Part shown: one piece after another, positions 7,233-16,536 of the stretch
Layout of the letters: the number at the start of each line of letters is the position of its first letter
Position numbering within the stretch: position 1 is the stretch's first letter
IMG/VR virus record: IMGVR_UViG_3300017780_002673
Location: 1-43,747 of that record
Reading direction: 5' to 3' (one strand)
Source of the DNA: a virus
Taxonomy: Duplodnaviria; Caudoviricetes
DNA: 43,747 nucleotides
Program-made: the position numbers and the translations under genes
The notes under the pieces: generated by a model
Seen by the model: only the letters and a program-made list of their open reading frames with translations
Told to the model about the DNA's origin: nothing
The model's database searches: none

Positions 7233-7754
7233 ATGGCCTCGACGATTGGAATAGAGAAGCGCCAAGCGATTGCAAAGGCTTGGCCAGACATCCTGCAGCG
7301 CATTGGCGCCGGCGACCGTGTAGATCATTCCTGCGCTGCGCACGGTTTCAATCGGCAAGATCTTTTGTTATTCCGGCAAGGCAATGCTGAACTACTCAAC
7401 CAATGGCATGAGGCCATGCGCGATAGTGCCGACGCTTTCCTGGATCGCATGGTTGATTGCATGGACGAGGCAACAACCAATGCCAAGGGCGCGCGCGTCA
7501 AAGCGAACATACTGCAATGGATGGCTGAAAAACGCGATCCAGACAAATACGGCCAGCGCACAAGGGCGGATATTAACGTCAAGACTGTAGACTTAACGGC
7601 CATCATCAAGGACGCCAATGCTAGGCTTGCTGCAGCCAAGCAACCGCAGCTGGTGCAAGGCGATAGGATTATTACTGCCGACAGTTCGGGCGCTCTCGTA
7701 CACGCGCAATCCGCTATCACGCACGCAACGCTCGACGCTGCTGGCCTACTCTAA
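7233..7754 (+). CDS. terS: Terminase small subunit (Sf6 gp1-like)
   Basis: N-terminal HTH-like segment, ARVKANILQWMAEKRDPDKYG motif; upstream of terL. Confidence 0.8.
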   Translation: MASTIGIEKRQAIAKAWPDILQRIGAGDRVDHSCAAHGFNRQDLLLFRQGNAELLNQWHEAMRDSADAFLDRMVDCMDEATTNAKGARVKANILQWMAEKRDPDKYGQRTRADINVKTVDLTAIIKDANARLAAAKQPQLVQGDRIITADSSGALVHAQSAITHATLDAAGLL

Positions 7755-8175
7755 CCCACATGTTGCAGCGCACCCCTCGCATAATCAACAATCATGCACA
7801 TGCGCCCGGCTCTAACCCATTGATTACACACGCTTGGTGCAGCGCATGAGTATATAATAACCATTATGTCAAATTGCGCAGGTAATAGGTAATGCGTGTA
7901 GAATCAGGGACTTGCCTGTTTTCTGCCAGGCTGCAGGGTAGAATTTTTCAGAGGGGGGCGTACGGAGGGGGTAGGGGTCAAGATCCGGCGCCGAGCACCG
8001 GTGCGGGGTTGCGCACGTTGACTGCGTATTAAAAAATAAAAAATTCTGTGCCATAATAAATTATTAAATAATTATCTGGCGATACGTTACGTTACGGTTT
8101 CGTTACGGTTTGCCAGTGTTACGGTGATTACGCTTTCCCTAGTGAAACAGGGAAGCGTAATCCAACGGAGAACAG

Positions 8176-9750
8176 ATGCGCGGCAGTCTTGAGCAAGAGT
8201 CCGAAATCCTGGCGCAGGCTCTTGCGCTTCGTGACGATCCGGTTGGCTTTGTGCATTGGGCGTATCCGTGGGGCAGAGCTGGCACTGCGTTTGAGAAATA
8301 CTTGGGGCCGCGCCGCTGGCAGATGGAGGACTTCAAACGGATTGCCGAGCACACTCAGGAACAGGCGTTCCGGCACGAAAACGGCCTGCCACTAAAAGTC
8401 TGGAAAGAAGCGCGGTCGTCCGGCCGTGGCCCGGGCAAGTCTGCCAAGTTCGGCATGATGGCGCACTGGCACATGAGCACCCGGATTGGCTCCACAACCA
8501 TCGTCACGGCCAACACCGAATCACAGTTGCGCAGTCGCACGTTTCCGGAGTACGCAATCTGGTTCAGTTCGGCCATCAATGCCCACTGGTTTGAGATGGA
8601 GACAATCCGCATCGTGCCGGCCAAGTGGCTGCTGGATGCTGTGCGCCGCCTGCCAGAAGAAGGGGGCTTGGGTATAGACCCCAAGTATTGGAGTTGTAGC
8701 GGCCAGACGTGGTCCGAGGACAACCCCAACGCCTTCGCCGGTGTGCACAACCCCTACGGCCTGCTCCTGCAGTTTGACGAAGCCGCCGGTATCCCGAGCA
8801 AAATCTGGGAAGTGTCCGAGGGCTTCTTCACCGAGCAGAACCCGTATCGATACTGGATGGCGGCTTCGCAGATGCGCGGTCGATCGGGCCGGTTCTTTGA
8901 ACTATTCAACGACGAGCAGATGGGTGACGGCTGGGACTTGCGCACCCTGTCCACCCGTGGCATGGAGGGGGTTGACCAGGGCGTGGTCGAAGACCAGATC
9001 AAACGCTACGGCATTGACTCCGACTTCGTGCGGGTAGAGATCATGGGCCTGCCACCGCAGACATCCGAAGACCAGTTCATCCCGTGGGACGCGGTTCGTG
9101 CGGCGCAGCAGAACTCACTGGCGCAGGACTATGGCGAACCGTTGATTCTTGGCGTTGACCCGGCACCGCGCGGCAAGACCTCATGGCGGTTCCGGCAGGG
9201 GCGCAATGCCCGGGACTGTTGCGGAACTGCAACAAAGGGTGCCTGGCACGCGCAGGACAATGTGCAGATCGCCGCCGAGATCGTCAAGCTGGACATGAAG
9301 TACAACCCGGACGCCATCTGCATCGACTTCGGCATGGGCACCGGCGTCATTGACATCCTCAAACGCAACACCCGGATCCGGCACAAGCTGCATGAAGTCA
9401 AGTTCGGTTCCTCGCCGCACATCAAGGATGGCGAGTTCGCCACCCACGCGGCCGAACTCTGGGGTGCCATGCGGGACTGGCTGCCCGGCGGCATGGTCGA
9501 AAAGGATGGCGGGGAGAAGGGTTCGCTGTCCCACCAGCTGACCGATCGGGGCTGGAAGTGGAGCGGGCGGGAGGAAAACAAAAAGATTCTGGAAACCAAA
9601 GAAGACCTGCAAAGCCGTGGGGTTAAGTCGCCTGACGACGCAGACGCCCTGGCCTGCACCTTTGAAGTCAATCCGCCGCGGCGTGATGACCGGCGGGGCA
9701 GCACGTCGCGGGTCGTGGAAGGGGTGTCGACCTGGATGGGCGAGTCGTGA
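8176..9750 (+). CDS. terL: Terminase large subunit
   Basis: SGRGPGKS Walker A, LLQFDEA Walker B, ILGVDPA nuclease, KSPDDADALA C-terminus. Confidence 0.95.
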   Translation: MRGSLEQESEILAQALALRDDPVGFVHWAYPWGRAGTAFEKYLGPRRWQMEDFKRIAEHTQEQAFRHENGLPLKVWKEARSSGRGPGKSAKFGMMAHWHMSTRIGSTTIVTANTESQLRSRTFPEYAIWFSSAINAHWFEMETIRIVPAKWLLDAVRRLPEEGGLGIDPKYWSCSGQTWSEDNPNAFAGVHNPYGLLLQFDEAAGIPSKIWEVSEGFFTEQNPYRYWMAASQMRGRSGRFFELFNDEQMGDGWDLRTLSTRGMEGVDQGVVEDQIKRYGIDSDFVRVEIMGLPPQTSEDQFIPWDAVRAAQQNSLAQDYGEPLILGVDPAPRGKTSWRFRQGRNARDCCGTATKGAWHAQDNVQIAAEIVKLDMKYNPDAICIDFGMGTGVIDILKRNTRIRHKLHEVKFGSSPHIKDGEFATHAAELWGAMRDWLPGGMVEKDGGEKGSLSHQLTDRGWKWSGREENKKILETKEDLQSRGVKSPDDADALACTFEVNPPRRDDRRGSTSRVVEGVSTWMGES

Positions 9751-9756
9751 TATAAT
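9748..9756 (+). promoter_or_regulatory. Extended -10 promoter for head genes
   Basis: Perfect TGaTATAAT 22 nt before ATG 9778. Confidence 0.6.
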
Positions 9757-9777
9757 GGAAGCACAGGAGATCACGTA

Positions 9778-10011
9778 ATGAGCGGCATCCTTGGCAAACC
9801 TTCCATGCCAGCACCCCAGCCGGTGCCGGCAAACCCCGTGGCCGATCCGGCAGCGGAGCAGCAGCGTCTTGACGCCGAGCGGGCGGCATTGGCCGAGCGC
9901 AAGGGCGCTGGCCGTGCTGGCACCATCGCCGCTGGCGGCGAACTGGCCACGACCATGCAAGCCGAGCGCGGGTTGATGCGTAAGCGCGCGTCTTCGGAGA
10001 TGCTCGGTTGA
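9778..10011 (+). CDS. Small virion or assembly protein upstream of portal
   Basis: AGGAG RBS; composition and position typical of T7/BPP-1-like pre-portal genes. Confidence 0.75.
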   Translation: MSGILGKPSMPAPQPVPANPVADPAAEQQRLDAERAALAERKGAGRAGTIAAGGELATTMQAERGLMRKRASSEMLG

Positions 10012-11651
10012 GCGAGAAGACGCAGTTCCACATCCAGAAGCTGGGGCAACTCCGAGCGGATCGAAGTAATTTCGATTCTCAATGGGAAGAAGCGGCGTCG
10101 CTGATCATCCCGGCGCACCGCAACTCTTTCCAGGGCCGCGGGTCCGACAACGCTTTCGGCGCGCAGGGCCAGAAGAAAACCGAACTGCAGTACGACTCGT
10201 CCGTTGGTGTGGCCGCGCAGCGGTTCGCCAGCGTGATCGAATCGCTGGCCACACCGCAGGCATCCGTGTGGCACCGGCTGGTGCCGGCGGACAAGATGCT
10301 GAAGCGCAACCGCGCCGTGCGCCTGTTCTTCGATGACCTGAACGAAATCCTGTTCAATCATCGCTACCGCCCCATGGCCAACTTCGTGGGCAACAGCCAG
10401 CAGACGTACATGGGGCTGGGCACCTATGGCAACGGCTCACTCTACGTGGACAAGCCGGAAGACGGCAGCCGGGGGTTACGCTACCGGAACTTCCACTTGG
10501 GTGAAGTCTACTTCGTTGAGAACCACGCCGGCATCGTGGACACGTTCTACCGTTCGTGGTACATGACCGCGCGCCAGATTGCGCAGCAGTTCAACAACGC
10601 TGGCGACAAAGTGCCGGAGGCCGTAACCGAGGCCATCAAGAACCCGCAGCAGGCCGAAAAGAAGTTTGAAGTCCTGCACTGCGTCTACCCGCGCAACGAC
10701 TTTGACCCGCGTCGGGTTGACCCGAAGGGGATGCGGTATGCGTCCCTGTACATTTTTGTCCAGAACCAAGAGGAACTCCGGGAGTCCGGCTACAACAGCT
10801 TCCCGCTGCCGGTGGCCCGCTACACCCAGGTGTCCGGCGAGATTTACGGCCGTGGTCCTGCGCAGTGGGTGCTGCCGGCCATCAAGGTGCTGAACGAACA
10901 AAAGAAGACCGTGCTGAAGCAAGGCCACCGCGTTGTCGATCCTGTTCTACTGGCGCATGACGACGGCAACTTGGGGTCGTTCAGCCTGAAGCCAGGTGCA
11001 CTGAACGCCGGCGGTCTGAACAAAGACGGCAAGCGGATGGTGGACGTACTGCCGACCGGCAACATCGCCGTGGGCGACAAGATGATGCAGATGGAGAAGG
11101 ACGTCATCAATGACGCCTTCCTGATCACGCTGTTCCAGATCCTGATTGACACGCCGCAGATGACGGCGACCGAAGTGTTGGAGCGGGCGCGGGAGAAGGG
11201 GATGCTGATTGCCCCGACCGCTGGCCGTCTGCAAGCCGAATTCCTTGGCCGTCTGATCGAACGTGAACTTGATCTCCTGTTTCAGCAGGGGCTGGTGCCG
11301 GAGATGCCGTCGATCCTGCGCAACACCGAGGCGGCAGAATACCACATAGAATATGATAGCCCGATGTCGCGGATGCAGCGATCGGAGAAAGCCGCCGGCT
11401 TCATGCGCGCACTGGACGTGGCAGCCAATTACGCCAAGAACACGGGGGATTTGTCGCCGCTGGATTGGCTGAATTTTGACACCGCCATGCCGGAGATTCT
11501 GGACATCCAGGGCGCACCGACAGCGTGGACGCGCTCGCTGCAAGACGTTGAGGCGTTACGCGCCGGACGCGCACAGCAGGCACAAACGCAACAGATGATC
11601 GAGGCAGCGCCGGCAGTGGCCGGTTTGATGAAGTCCGCGCCCGCCGCGTAA
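10008..11651 (+). CDS. Portal (head-to-tail connector)
   Basis: YGRGPA, MTATEVLERAREK, IEYDSPM motifs of T7 gp8/BPP-1-type portal. Confidence 0.95.
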   Translation: MSEKTQFHIQKLGQLRADRSNFDSQWEEAASLIIPAHRNSFQGRGSDNAFGAQGQKKTELQYDSSVGVAAQRFASVIESLATPQASVWHRLVPADKMLKRNRAVRLFFDDLNEILFNHRYRPMANFVGNSQQTYMGLGTYGNGSLYVDKPEDGSRGLRYRNFHLGEVYFVENHAGIVDTFYRSWYMTARQIAQQFNNAGDKVPEAVTEAIKNPQQAEKKFEVLHCVYPRNDFDPRRVDPKGMRYASLYIFVQNQEELRESGYNSFPLPVARYTQVSGEIYGRGPAQWVLPAIKVLNEQKKTVLKQGHRVVDPVLLAHDDGNLGSFSLKPGALNAGGLNKDGKRMVDVLPTGNIAVGDKMMQMEKDVINDAFLITLFQILIDTPQMTATEVLERAREKGMLIAPTAGRLQAEFLGRLIERELDLLFQQGLVPEMPSILRNTEAAEYHIEYDSPMSRMQRSEKAAGFMRALDVAANYAKNTGDLSPLDWLNFDTAMPEILDIQGAPTAWTRSLQDVEALRAGRAQQAQTQQMIEAAPAVAGLMKSAPAA

Positions 11652-12097
11652 TGAGCCGCGAAGACCCCAAAAAAGCGGCAGCGCGTGCCGCCCGTTGGCG
11701 CGCCGCCAATCCGGAACGTACAAAAGCTGCAAAGAAAAAATGCTACGAGGCTAAAAAAGAGCAATATGCGGAAAACCATGCCGCATATTACAAGCGTCGT
11801 GCCGGAGAACTTATCGCCGCCGCAAAGCAATGGCGCGACAATAATCGTGCGCGCTTTCGTGCCATTCAGGCAAAACGCAGAGCCAGAAAGAAAAATGCCT
11901 CGGTGCCCTTGACAGTTGAAGAACAAGCGCGCATACTTGGTATTTACGCAGAAGCCCGCGCAATGACCGAATTAAGCGGCGAACCTTACCACGTTGACCA
12001 CATCATTCCTTTAGCAAAAGGCGGGCTGCATCATCCAGATAACTTGCAGGTGCTGCGCGGCATTACCAATCTGCGCAAAGGCACAAAGATTCTGTGA
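11651..12097 (+). CDS. HNH homing endonuclease
   Basis: YHVDHIIPLAKGGLHHPDNLQVL...NLRKG; AT-richer than flanking genes. Confidence 0.9.
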   Translation: MSREDPKKAAARAARWRAANPERTKAAKKKCYEAKKEQYAENHAAYYKRRAGELIAAAKQWRDNNRARFRAIQAKRRARKKNASVPLTVEEQARILGIYAEARAMTELSGEPYHVDHIIPLAKGGLHHPDNLQVLRGITNLRKGTKIL

Positions 12098-12633
12098 TAA
12101 AACTTAACCTTGGATGCGGCAGCAAGAAGCTGCCCGGCTTCGTCAACGTCGATGCCCAACCAATGGAAGACCCGGACGTGGTTGTCCGGCTGGACACCGA
12201 CCGCTGGCCGTGGAATGACAACTCCGTCGAAGCCGTAGAAGCGTCGCACGTCATTGAGCACATCGCACCGGTCGAGCCGTTCTTCCACTTCATGCGGGAA
12301 CTGCACCGGGTCTGCGCCAATGGCGCCCGCGTCCACATCACATTGCCGCACCCGAGCCACGATATTTTCCTGCAAGACCCGACCCACCAGCACGCCATCC
12401 TGCCCGGCACGCTGGCGATGTTTTCCAAGAAGTACGCCGAGATGCTGGCCAAGCATGGGCACCAGTTGACACCGTTCTGGAAATACTTTAATATAGACTT
12501 TGATATGGGGCCGGTGCGATATACGTTTGACCCGGCTGTGGACGGCAGCGATCCGGACTTGGAATACAAAGCCCGGCATTGCCGCAACATCATCAAGGAG
12601 TGGGAAACAACCATGGTCGTATGCAAGTCCTGA
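12094..12633 (+). CDS. Class I SAM-dependent methyltransferase
   Basis: KLNLGCG, VNVD, SHVIEH, ELHRVC, DPTH motifs. Confidence 0.88.
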   Translation: MIKLNLGCGSKKLPGFVNVDAQPMEDPDVVVRLDTDRWPWNDNSVEAVEASHVIEHIAPVEPFFHFMRELHRVCANGARVHITLPHPSHDIFLQDPTHQHAILPGTLAMFSKKYAEMLAKHGHQLTPFWKYFNIDFDMGPVRYTFDPAVDGSDPDLEYKARHCRNIIKEWETTMVVCKS

Positions 12634-12908
12634 CCGATTGGTGGGAGCAGGTGCGGCGGGTGTTGATGCGCCGCCGCCACGCTTACAACGTCACGTTTCG
12701 TTCGCCGCTGGGGGAAGAAGTGCTGCGCGACTTGGCGCGGTTCTGCCGTGCGCATGAGTCCACGTTCCATCTGGACGACCGCGCGCACGCCATGGCGGAA
12801 GGGCGTCGTGAAGTGTGGCTGCGGGTGCAGAACCATCTGAACCTGACGCCTGACGAACTGTGGCAACTTTACTCTGGACGACCGAGCGGAGACACGAATG
12901 TATCGTGA
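12621..12908 (+). CDS. Bbp19-like head-module protein
   Basis: FRSPLGEEVLRDLARFC...EGRREVWLRV; conserved position between portal and scaffold. Confidence 0.75.
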   Translation: MQVLTDWWEQVRRVLMRRRHAYNVTFRSPLGEEVLRDLARFCRAHESTFHLDDRAHAMAEGRREVWLRVQNHLNLTPDELWQLYSGRPSGDTNVS

Positions 12909-13890
12909 CGGTAAGATGCTGGGCGACGGGCTGCCAATGAACTTCGTGTTGAACCACGGGGCGCTTGGTGACGTGATCTGTTCGCTGCCGGCGGTGATTG
13001 CCGGTCGCAAAGCGGATCCGTTTTCCATCATCCGCGTGTGGGGGCCGTCGTGGCAGCATGAACTGCTTGAGCATTTGCTGAAGCCCTACGGCGAGTTTGA
13101 GATCCGCAACTTTGAAGACTTCCCCAAGACCAAGGCCGAGCGGGAAGAACGCAACCTTGGCCACACGGCGCTGAACCAGATGCCGTTCAACACGCACACG
13201 CGCAACCGTGTCCACATGGTTGATTACGCTTTCGGCTGCCTGCTGGACGCACGCCCGGAAGGGTTGCTGGAGCGCAGCTACCCGACCAAGGCACCGCTGG
13301 GGCCGCGCCGGTTTGACGAGCCGTACGTTGTCTTCCCCGTCGGCAGCACGTCCGAGAACAAACTGTTCCGCGCCAGCGTCATGGCGCCGATCATCAAATG
13401 GGTCAACGAGCAAGGCTATGTGCCGGTGCTGGTTGGAACAAAGACCAGTCACACCAAGGCCGAAGCTGGCGGGGTGTTGACGCCGATCACAATCATTGAC
13501 GAAGTTGACAGACTGCCGCCGTCTTTGCGGATAGAGTGCGTTGACCTGCGGGAGAAGACGACGCTGCTGGAACTGCGTGACCTGTTGGGCCATGCGGATG
13601 CGGTTGTCGGCGTCGATGGCGGCACGCTGCATCTGGCAGGGACGACCGACGCCAACATCATCTACGCCATGGGGGCGACGATCCCGCAGCACCGGTTCAT
13701 CGCCCGCAACGGCGATCCTAGTTACAAGATTCGTTACGTCGGCCCGCGTGACTTGGAGTGTACTGGCTGCCAGTCGAAGTGGCGCATGAGCAGACACGAT
13801 TTCCGGTTTTGCGCATACAAAGATTCGGCCTGCATGGGCTTGCTGCACCCTGACGATTTCATCAATGGACTGAAGGAGCTTGGACTATGA
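12898..13890 (+). CDS. Glycosyltransferase family 9 (ADP-heptose:LPS heptosyltransferase-like)
   Basis: GALGDVI; DLREKTTLLEL...ADAVVGVDGGTLHLAG; C-terminal CxxC...C...C. Confidence 0.88.
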   Translation: MYRDGKMLGDGLPMNFVLNHGALGDVICSLPAVIAGRKADPFSIIRVWGPSWQHELLEHLLKPYGEFEIRNFEDFPKTKAEREERNLGHTALNQMPFNTHTRNRVHMVDYAFGCLLDARPEGLLERSYPTKAPLGPRRFDEPYVVFPVGSTSENKLFRASVMAPIIKWVNEQGYVPVLVGTKTSHTKAEAGGVLTPITIIDEVDRLPPSLRIECVDLREKTTLLELRDLLGHADAVVGVDGGTLHLAGTTDANIIYAMGATIPQHRFIARNGDPSYKIRYVGPRDLECTGCQSKWRMSRHDFRFCAYKDSACMGLLHPDDFINGLKELGL

Positions 13891-14738
13891 CCGACCCGAA
13901 CCCCGCACCCGCCCCGAATCCTGCACCGGCGCCCGCGCCTGCTGCGACAGACCCGGCACCCACCCCGTGGCACGGCATCACCGACACCGACGCCGCGGCC
14001 TACGTTGCCAACAAAGGCTGGCAAAGCCCACAGGATGTCATCAAATCGTACCAGGGAGTCGAACGTTTAATCGGGCGTGACCCGTCCACGCTGATCCCCA
14101 TTCCGCGTCTGGACGACCCGGAAGGTGTGAAGTCCGTGTTCCAGAAGCTGGGCCTGCCAGAGTCGCCGGACAAGTACGATATGACCGTTGGCTTGCCCAA
14201 AGGCGCCAAGGCGGACGAAGGCTTCGCCAAGACCATGCAGAGTATCCTTCACAAGTCGAACGTGACGGACAGCCAGGCCAAGACGCTGGTGGCAGAATGG
14301 AACACCATGCAGACGGCGGCGCGGGAGCAGGCGGCCAAGGACTACGAACTGAATGTCCAGGCCGACAAGCAATCCCTGCTGGACGAATGGAAGGGCGGAC
14401 ATGACCGAATGATGAACCGGGCCAAGACCGCCGCCACGACTTTGGGCTTCACGCCGGAACTGATTGACGCCATTGAAAAGTCGGTCGGCTACGCCGGCAC
14501 CTACAAGTTGCTGGCCGAGATCGGTGGCAAGCTGGGCGAAGACACGCTGGTCACGCCGAACAAGAACACCGACTTTGGCAACACCCTGACTCCGGACGAA
14601 GCCAAAGCGCAACTGGCGACCGCGCGCAGCGACCCGAACCACCGTGCCGCCTTGATGGACAAGAGCCATCCCGGCCACAAGTTGGCGCAGGAAAAGGAAA
14701 ACAAGCTGTTCGCCATCATGTATCCGGGCGGTAAGTGA
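13887..14738 (+). CDS. Capsid scaffolding or assembly protein
   Basis: PA-rich N-terminus, KSYQGVERLIG, LGLPESPDKY, HPGH C-terminus; upstream of MCP. Confidence 0.85.
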   Translation: MTDPNPAPAPNPAPAPAPAATDPAPTPWHGITDTDAAAYVANKGWQSPQDVIKSYQGVERLIGRDPSTLIPIPRLDDPEGVKSVFQKLGLPESPDKYDMTVGLPKGAKADEGFAKTMQSILHKSNVTDSQAKTLVAEWNTMQTAAREQAAKDYELNVQADKQSLLDEWKGGHDRMMNRAKTAATTLGFTPELIDAIEKSVGYAGTYKLLAEIGGKLGEDTLVTPNKNTDFGNTLTPDEAKAQLATARSDPNHRAALMDKSHPGHKLAQEKENKLFAIMYPGGK

Positions 14739-14914
14739 TGGACGAACGCGAGATCAAACTGCGTTGCATTGAGGCGGCAGCCAAAACCCCCACGGTCCAC
14801 CTGAAAGGACAGGCCGAGGGGGTGGTGGAAATCGCAAGTGCTTGGTTTAATTGGATTATTTCTTCACCGAAAGGGGAAGTGGCCAAGACCTTGGGGTTGC
14901 CGGGGAAAAAGTAG
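14738..14914 (+). CDS. Hypothetical protein, 58 aa (MDEREIKLRCIEAA...)
   Basis: Manual translation; TGATG coupling to scaffold. Confidence 0.7.
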   Translation: MDEREIKLRCIEAAAKTPTVHLKGQAEGVVEIASAWFNWIISSPKGEVAKTLGLPGKK

Positions 14915-14923
14915 CCCGCAGTG

Positions 14924-14932
14924 TGGTAATAT
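14924..14932 (+). promoter_or_regulatory. Extended -10 promoter candidate for the capsid gene
   Basis: TGgTAATAT. Confidence 0.45.
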
Positions 14933-14948
14933 GGAGTTGTAGGGAAGT

Positions 14949-15040
14949 CACGCGGACAAGGTGAAAGCCCCCGCAGTGTGATCGACCTGCATGGCCCCCG
15001 TAAGGGACAAGCCGGCGAGTCCAGCCAGATTGGACAAACT
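14949..15040 (+). ncRNA. Structured 5' leader of the capsid mRNA: three hairpins each with a GG-ACAA bulge
   Basis: gcgg-ACAA-ggt-GAAA-gcc-c-ccgc; ggc-c-ccc-GTAA-ggg-ACAA-gcc; agt-ccag...ttgg-ACAA-act. Confidence 0.6.
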
Positions 15041-15071
15041 GACTTAAAACCAAACACTTACGGAGAGTACC

Positions 15072-15965
15072 ATGCCTGATTCCATAACAGTGGCTAGCGT
15101 CCAACAATATCGTTCCAATGTTGAGATGCTGCTGCAACAAACCGATTCTCGCCTGGCCGGTGCCGTCACCGTCGGCAGTTACGTTGGCAAAGCCGCCAGC
15201 ACTGTCGAACAGTTCGGTTCCGCCACGGCCGTCCAGCGCACCAGCCGTCACGCTGACACCCCGCTGCTGGACCTCTCGCAAGACAAGCGTTGGGTCTTCC
15301 CGACCGACTACGAATGGGCCTCGCTGATCGACAAGCAAGATCAGCTGCGCGCAATCGTCGAACTGACCAGCCCGTACGCCATGGCAGGTGCTGCCGCAAT
15401 GAACCGCGTCAAGGATGACATCATCCTGGCCGCGATCTTTGGCACCAACTACACCGGCGAAAACGGCACGACCGCTGAAACTTTCGGCACTGTCGGCTCC
15501 GGCACCTACGACGTGGGCGTCAACACGGGCGGCACCGCTTCGGCGCTGAACGTGGCCAAGCTGCAGTCGGGCATCCAGAAGCTGATGCTGGCGAACAAGG
15601 GCGAACTGAACGAGTCCGTCTACGGCGCCATCTCCAGCTACGAGCACGATTCGCTGCTGAAGGAAATGCAAGTCGTCAACAAGGACTACGGCAACAGCGC
15701 AGTTCTGGTCGATGGCAAGGTCAAGCGTTTCATGGGTGTGGACTTCATCATCACCGAGCGCCTGACGATCACGTCCGGCAACCGCTTGATCCCGCTGTGG
15801 CTCAAGTCCGGTATGCACCTCGGCATGTGGGACGAAGTTCGGGCTGAAATCGGCCCGCGCGCGGACAAGGGTTACGCGACCCAAGTCTACCTCGCCATGA
15901 CCCTCGGCGCAACCCGCACGCAGTTGGGCAAGCAAATTCGCATCTCGTGCGACGACCAGATCTAA
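15072..15965 (+). CDS. Major capsid protein
   Basis: VQQYRSNVEMLLQQ...SRL, SRHADTP, WASLIDKQD, AAAMNRVKDDII, FMGVDFI; BPP-1-like MCP; strong codon bias. Confidence 0.93.
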   Translation: MPDSITVASVQQYRSNVEMLLQQTDSRLAGAVTVGSYVGKAASTVEQFGSATAVQRTSRHADTPLLDLSQDKRWVFPTDYEWASLIDKQDQLRAIVELTSPYAMAGAAAMNRVKDDIILAAIFGTNYTGENGTTAETFGTVGSGTYDVGVNTGGTASALNVAKLQSGIQKLMLANKGELNESVYGAISSYEHDSLLKEMQVVNKDYGNSAVLVDGKVKRFMGVDFIITERLTITSGNRLIPLWLKSGMHLGMWDEVRAEIGPRADKGYATQVYLAMTLGATRTQLGKQIRISCDDQI

Positions 15966-15977
15966 GGAGAAGCTGAC

Positions 15978-16481
15978 ATGGCACTCGTATCAAGTTCGCA
16001 AGTTGTTACCGACCAGTCGGCAACCCCGGCGGTCAAGACCAACCAGCTGGAAAAGGGCGGCATCCACCGCACGGCGCAAGGCTATCTGGCTGCTGCGTCG
16101 TTCACCGGCGGCACCGCTGGTCAGTGGTACACGTTCGTTCGCCTCCCGGCGCGCGCCCGTGTTACCGGTATTTTCCTGACCGGCGCGACGACCACCAGCG
16201 GTGCTGTGAAGTGCGGCCTGTATCGTCCCGATGGCATCGCCATTGACGACGACGTGTTTGCCACGCTTTACAACATGGCAGCCGAGAAAGATCGCACCCA
16301 GATCGACACGGTGCAGACCAGCTTGGAGCGTTCGCAAGACCTGGCCACGGCTTACGCCACGGCTATCGGCACTGCCGGCGCAACGGCCGATGTTGAGTTT
16401 GACATCGCCATCACGGTGGTAACGGCGCTGGGTGCTGGTGTTGCGCACCTGCTGGAAGTGGACTACGTTCTGCCGGAATAA
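15978..16481 (+). CDS. Probable capsid cement or decoration protein
   Basis: Follows MCP before terminator; RLPARARV motif; AAGGAG RBS. Confidence 0.7.
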   Translation: MALVSSSQVVTDQSATPAVKTNQLEKGGIHRTAQGYLAAASFTGGTAGQWYTFVRLPARARVTGIFLTGATTTSGAVKCGLYRPDGIAIDDDVFATLYNMAAEKDRTQIDTVQTSLERSQDLATAYATAIGTAGATADVEFDIAITVVTALGAGVAHLLEVDYVLPE

Positions 16482-16490
16482 CGGCGACTG

Positions 16491-16524
16491 ACCTCGGGGG
16501 CTTCGGCCCTCGGGGTTCCTTTTT
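16491..16524 (+). terminator. Rho-independent terminator after capsid genes
   Basis: acctcgggggc-TTCG-gccctcggggt then tcctttttt-like run. Confidence 0.85.
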
Positions 16525-16536
16525 CGGGAGAAGCAC

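Noticed and set aside
14900-14914. Slippery GGGGAAAAAG frameshift into the capsid leader
   Set aside because: Codon phase does not fit an X XXY YYZ heptamer, and no useful downstream frame was evident
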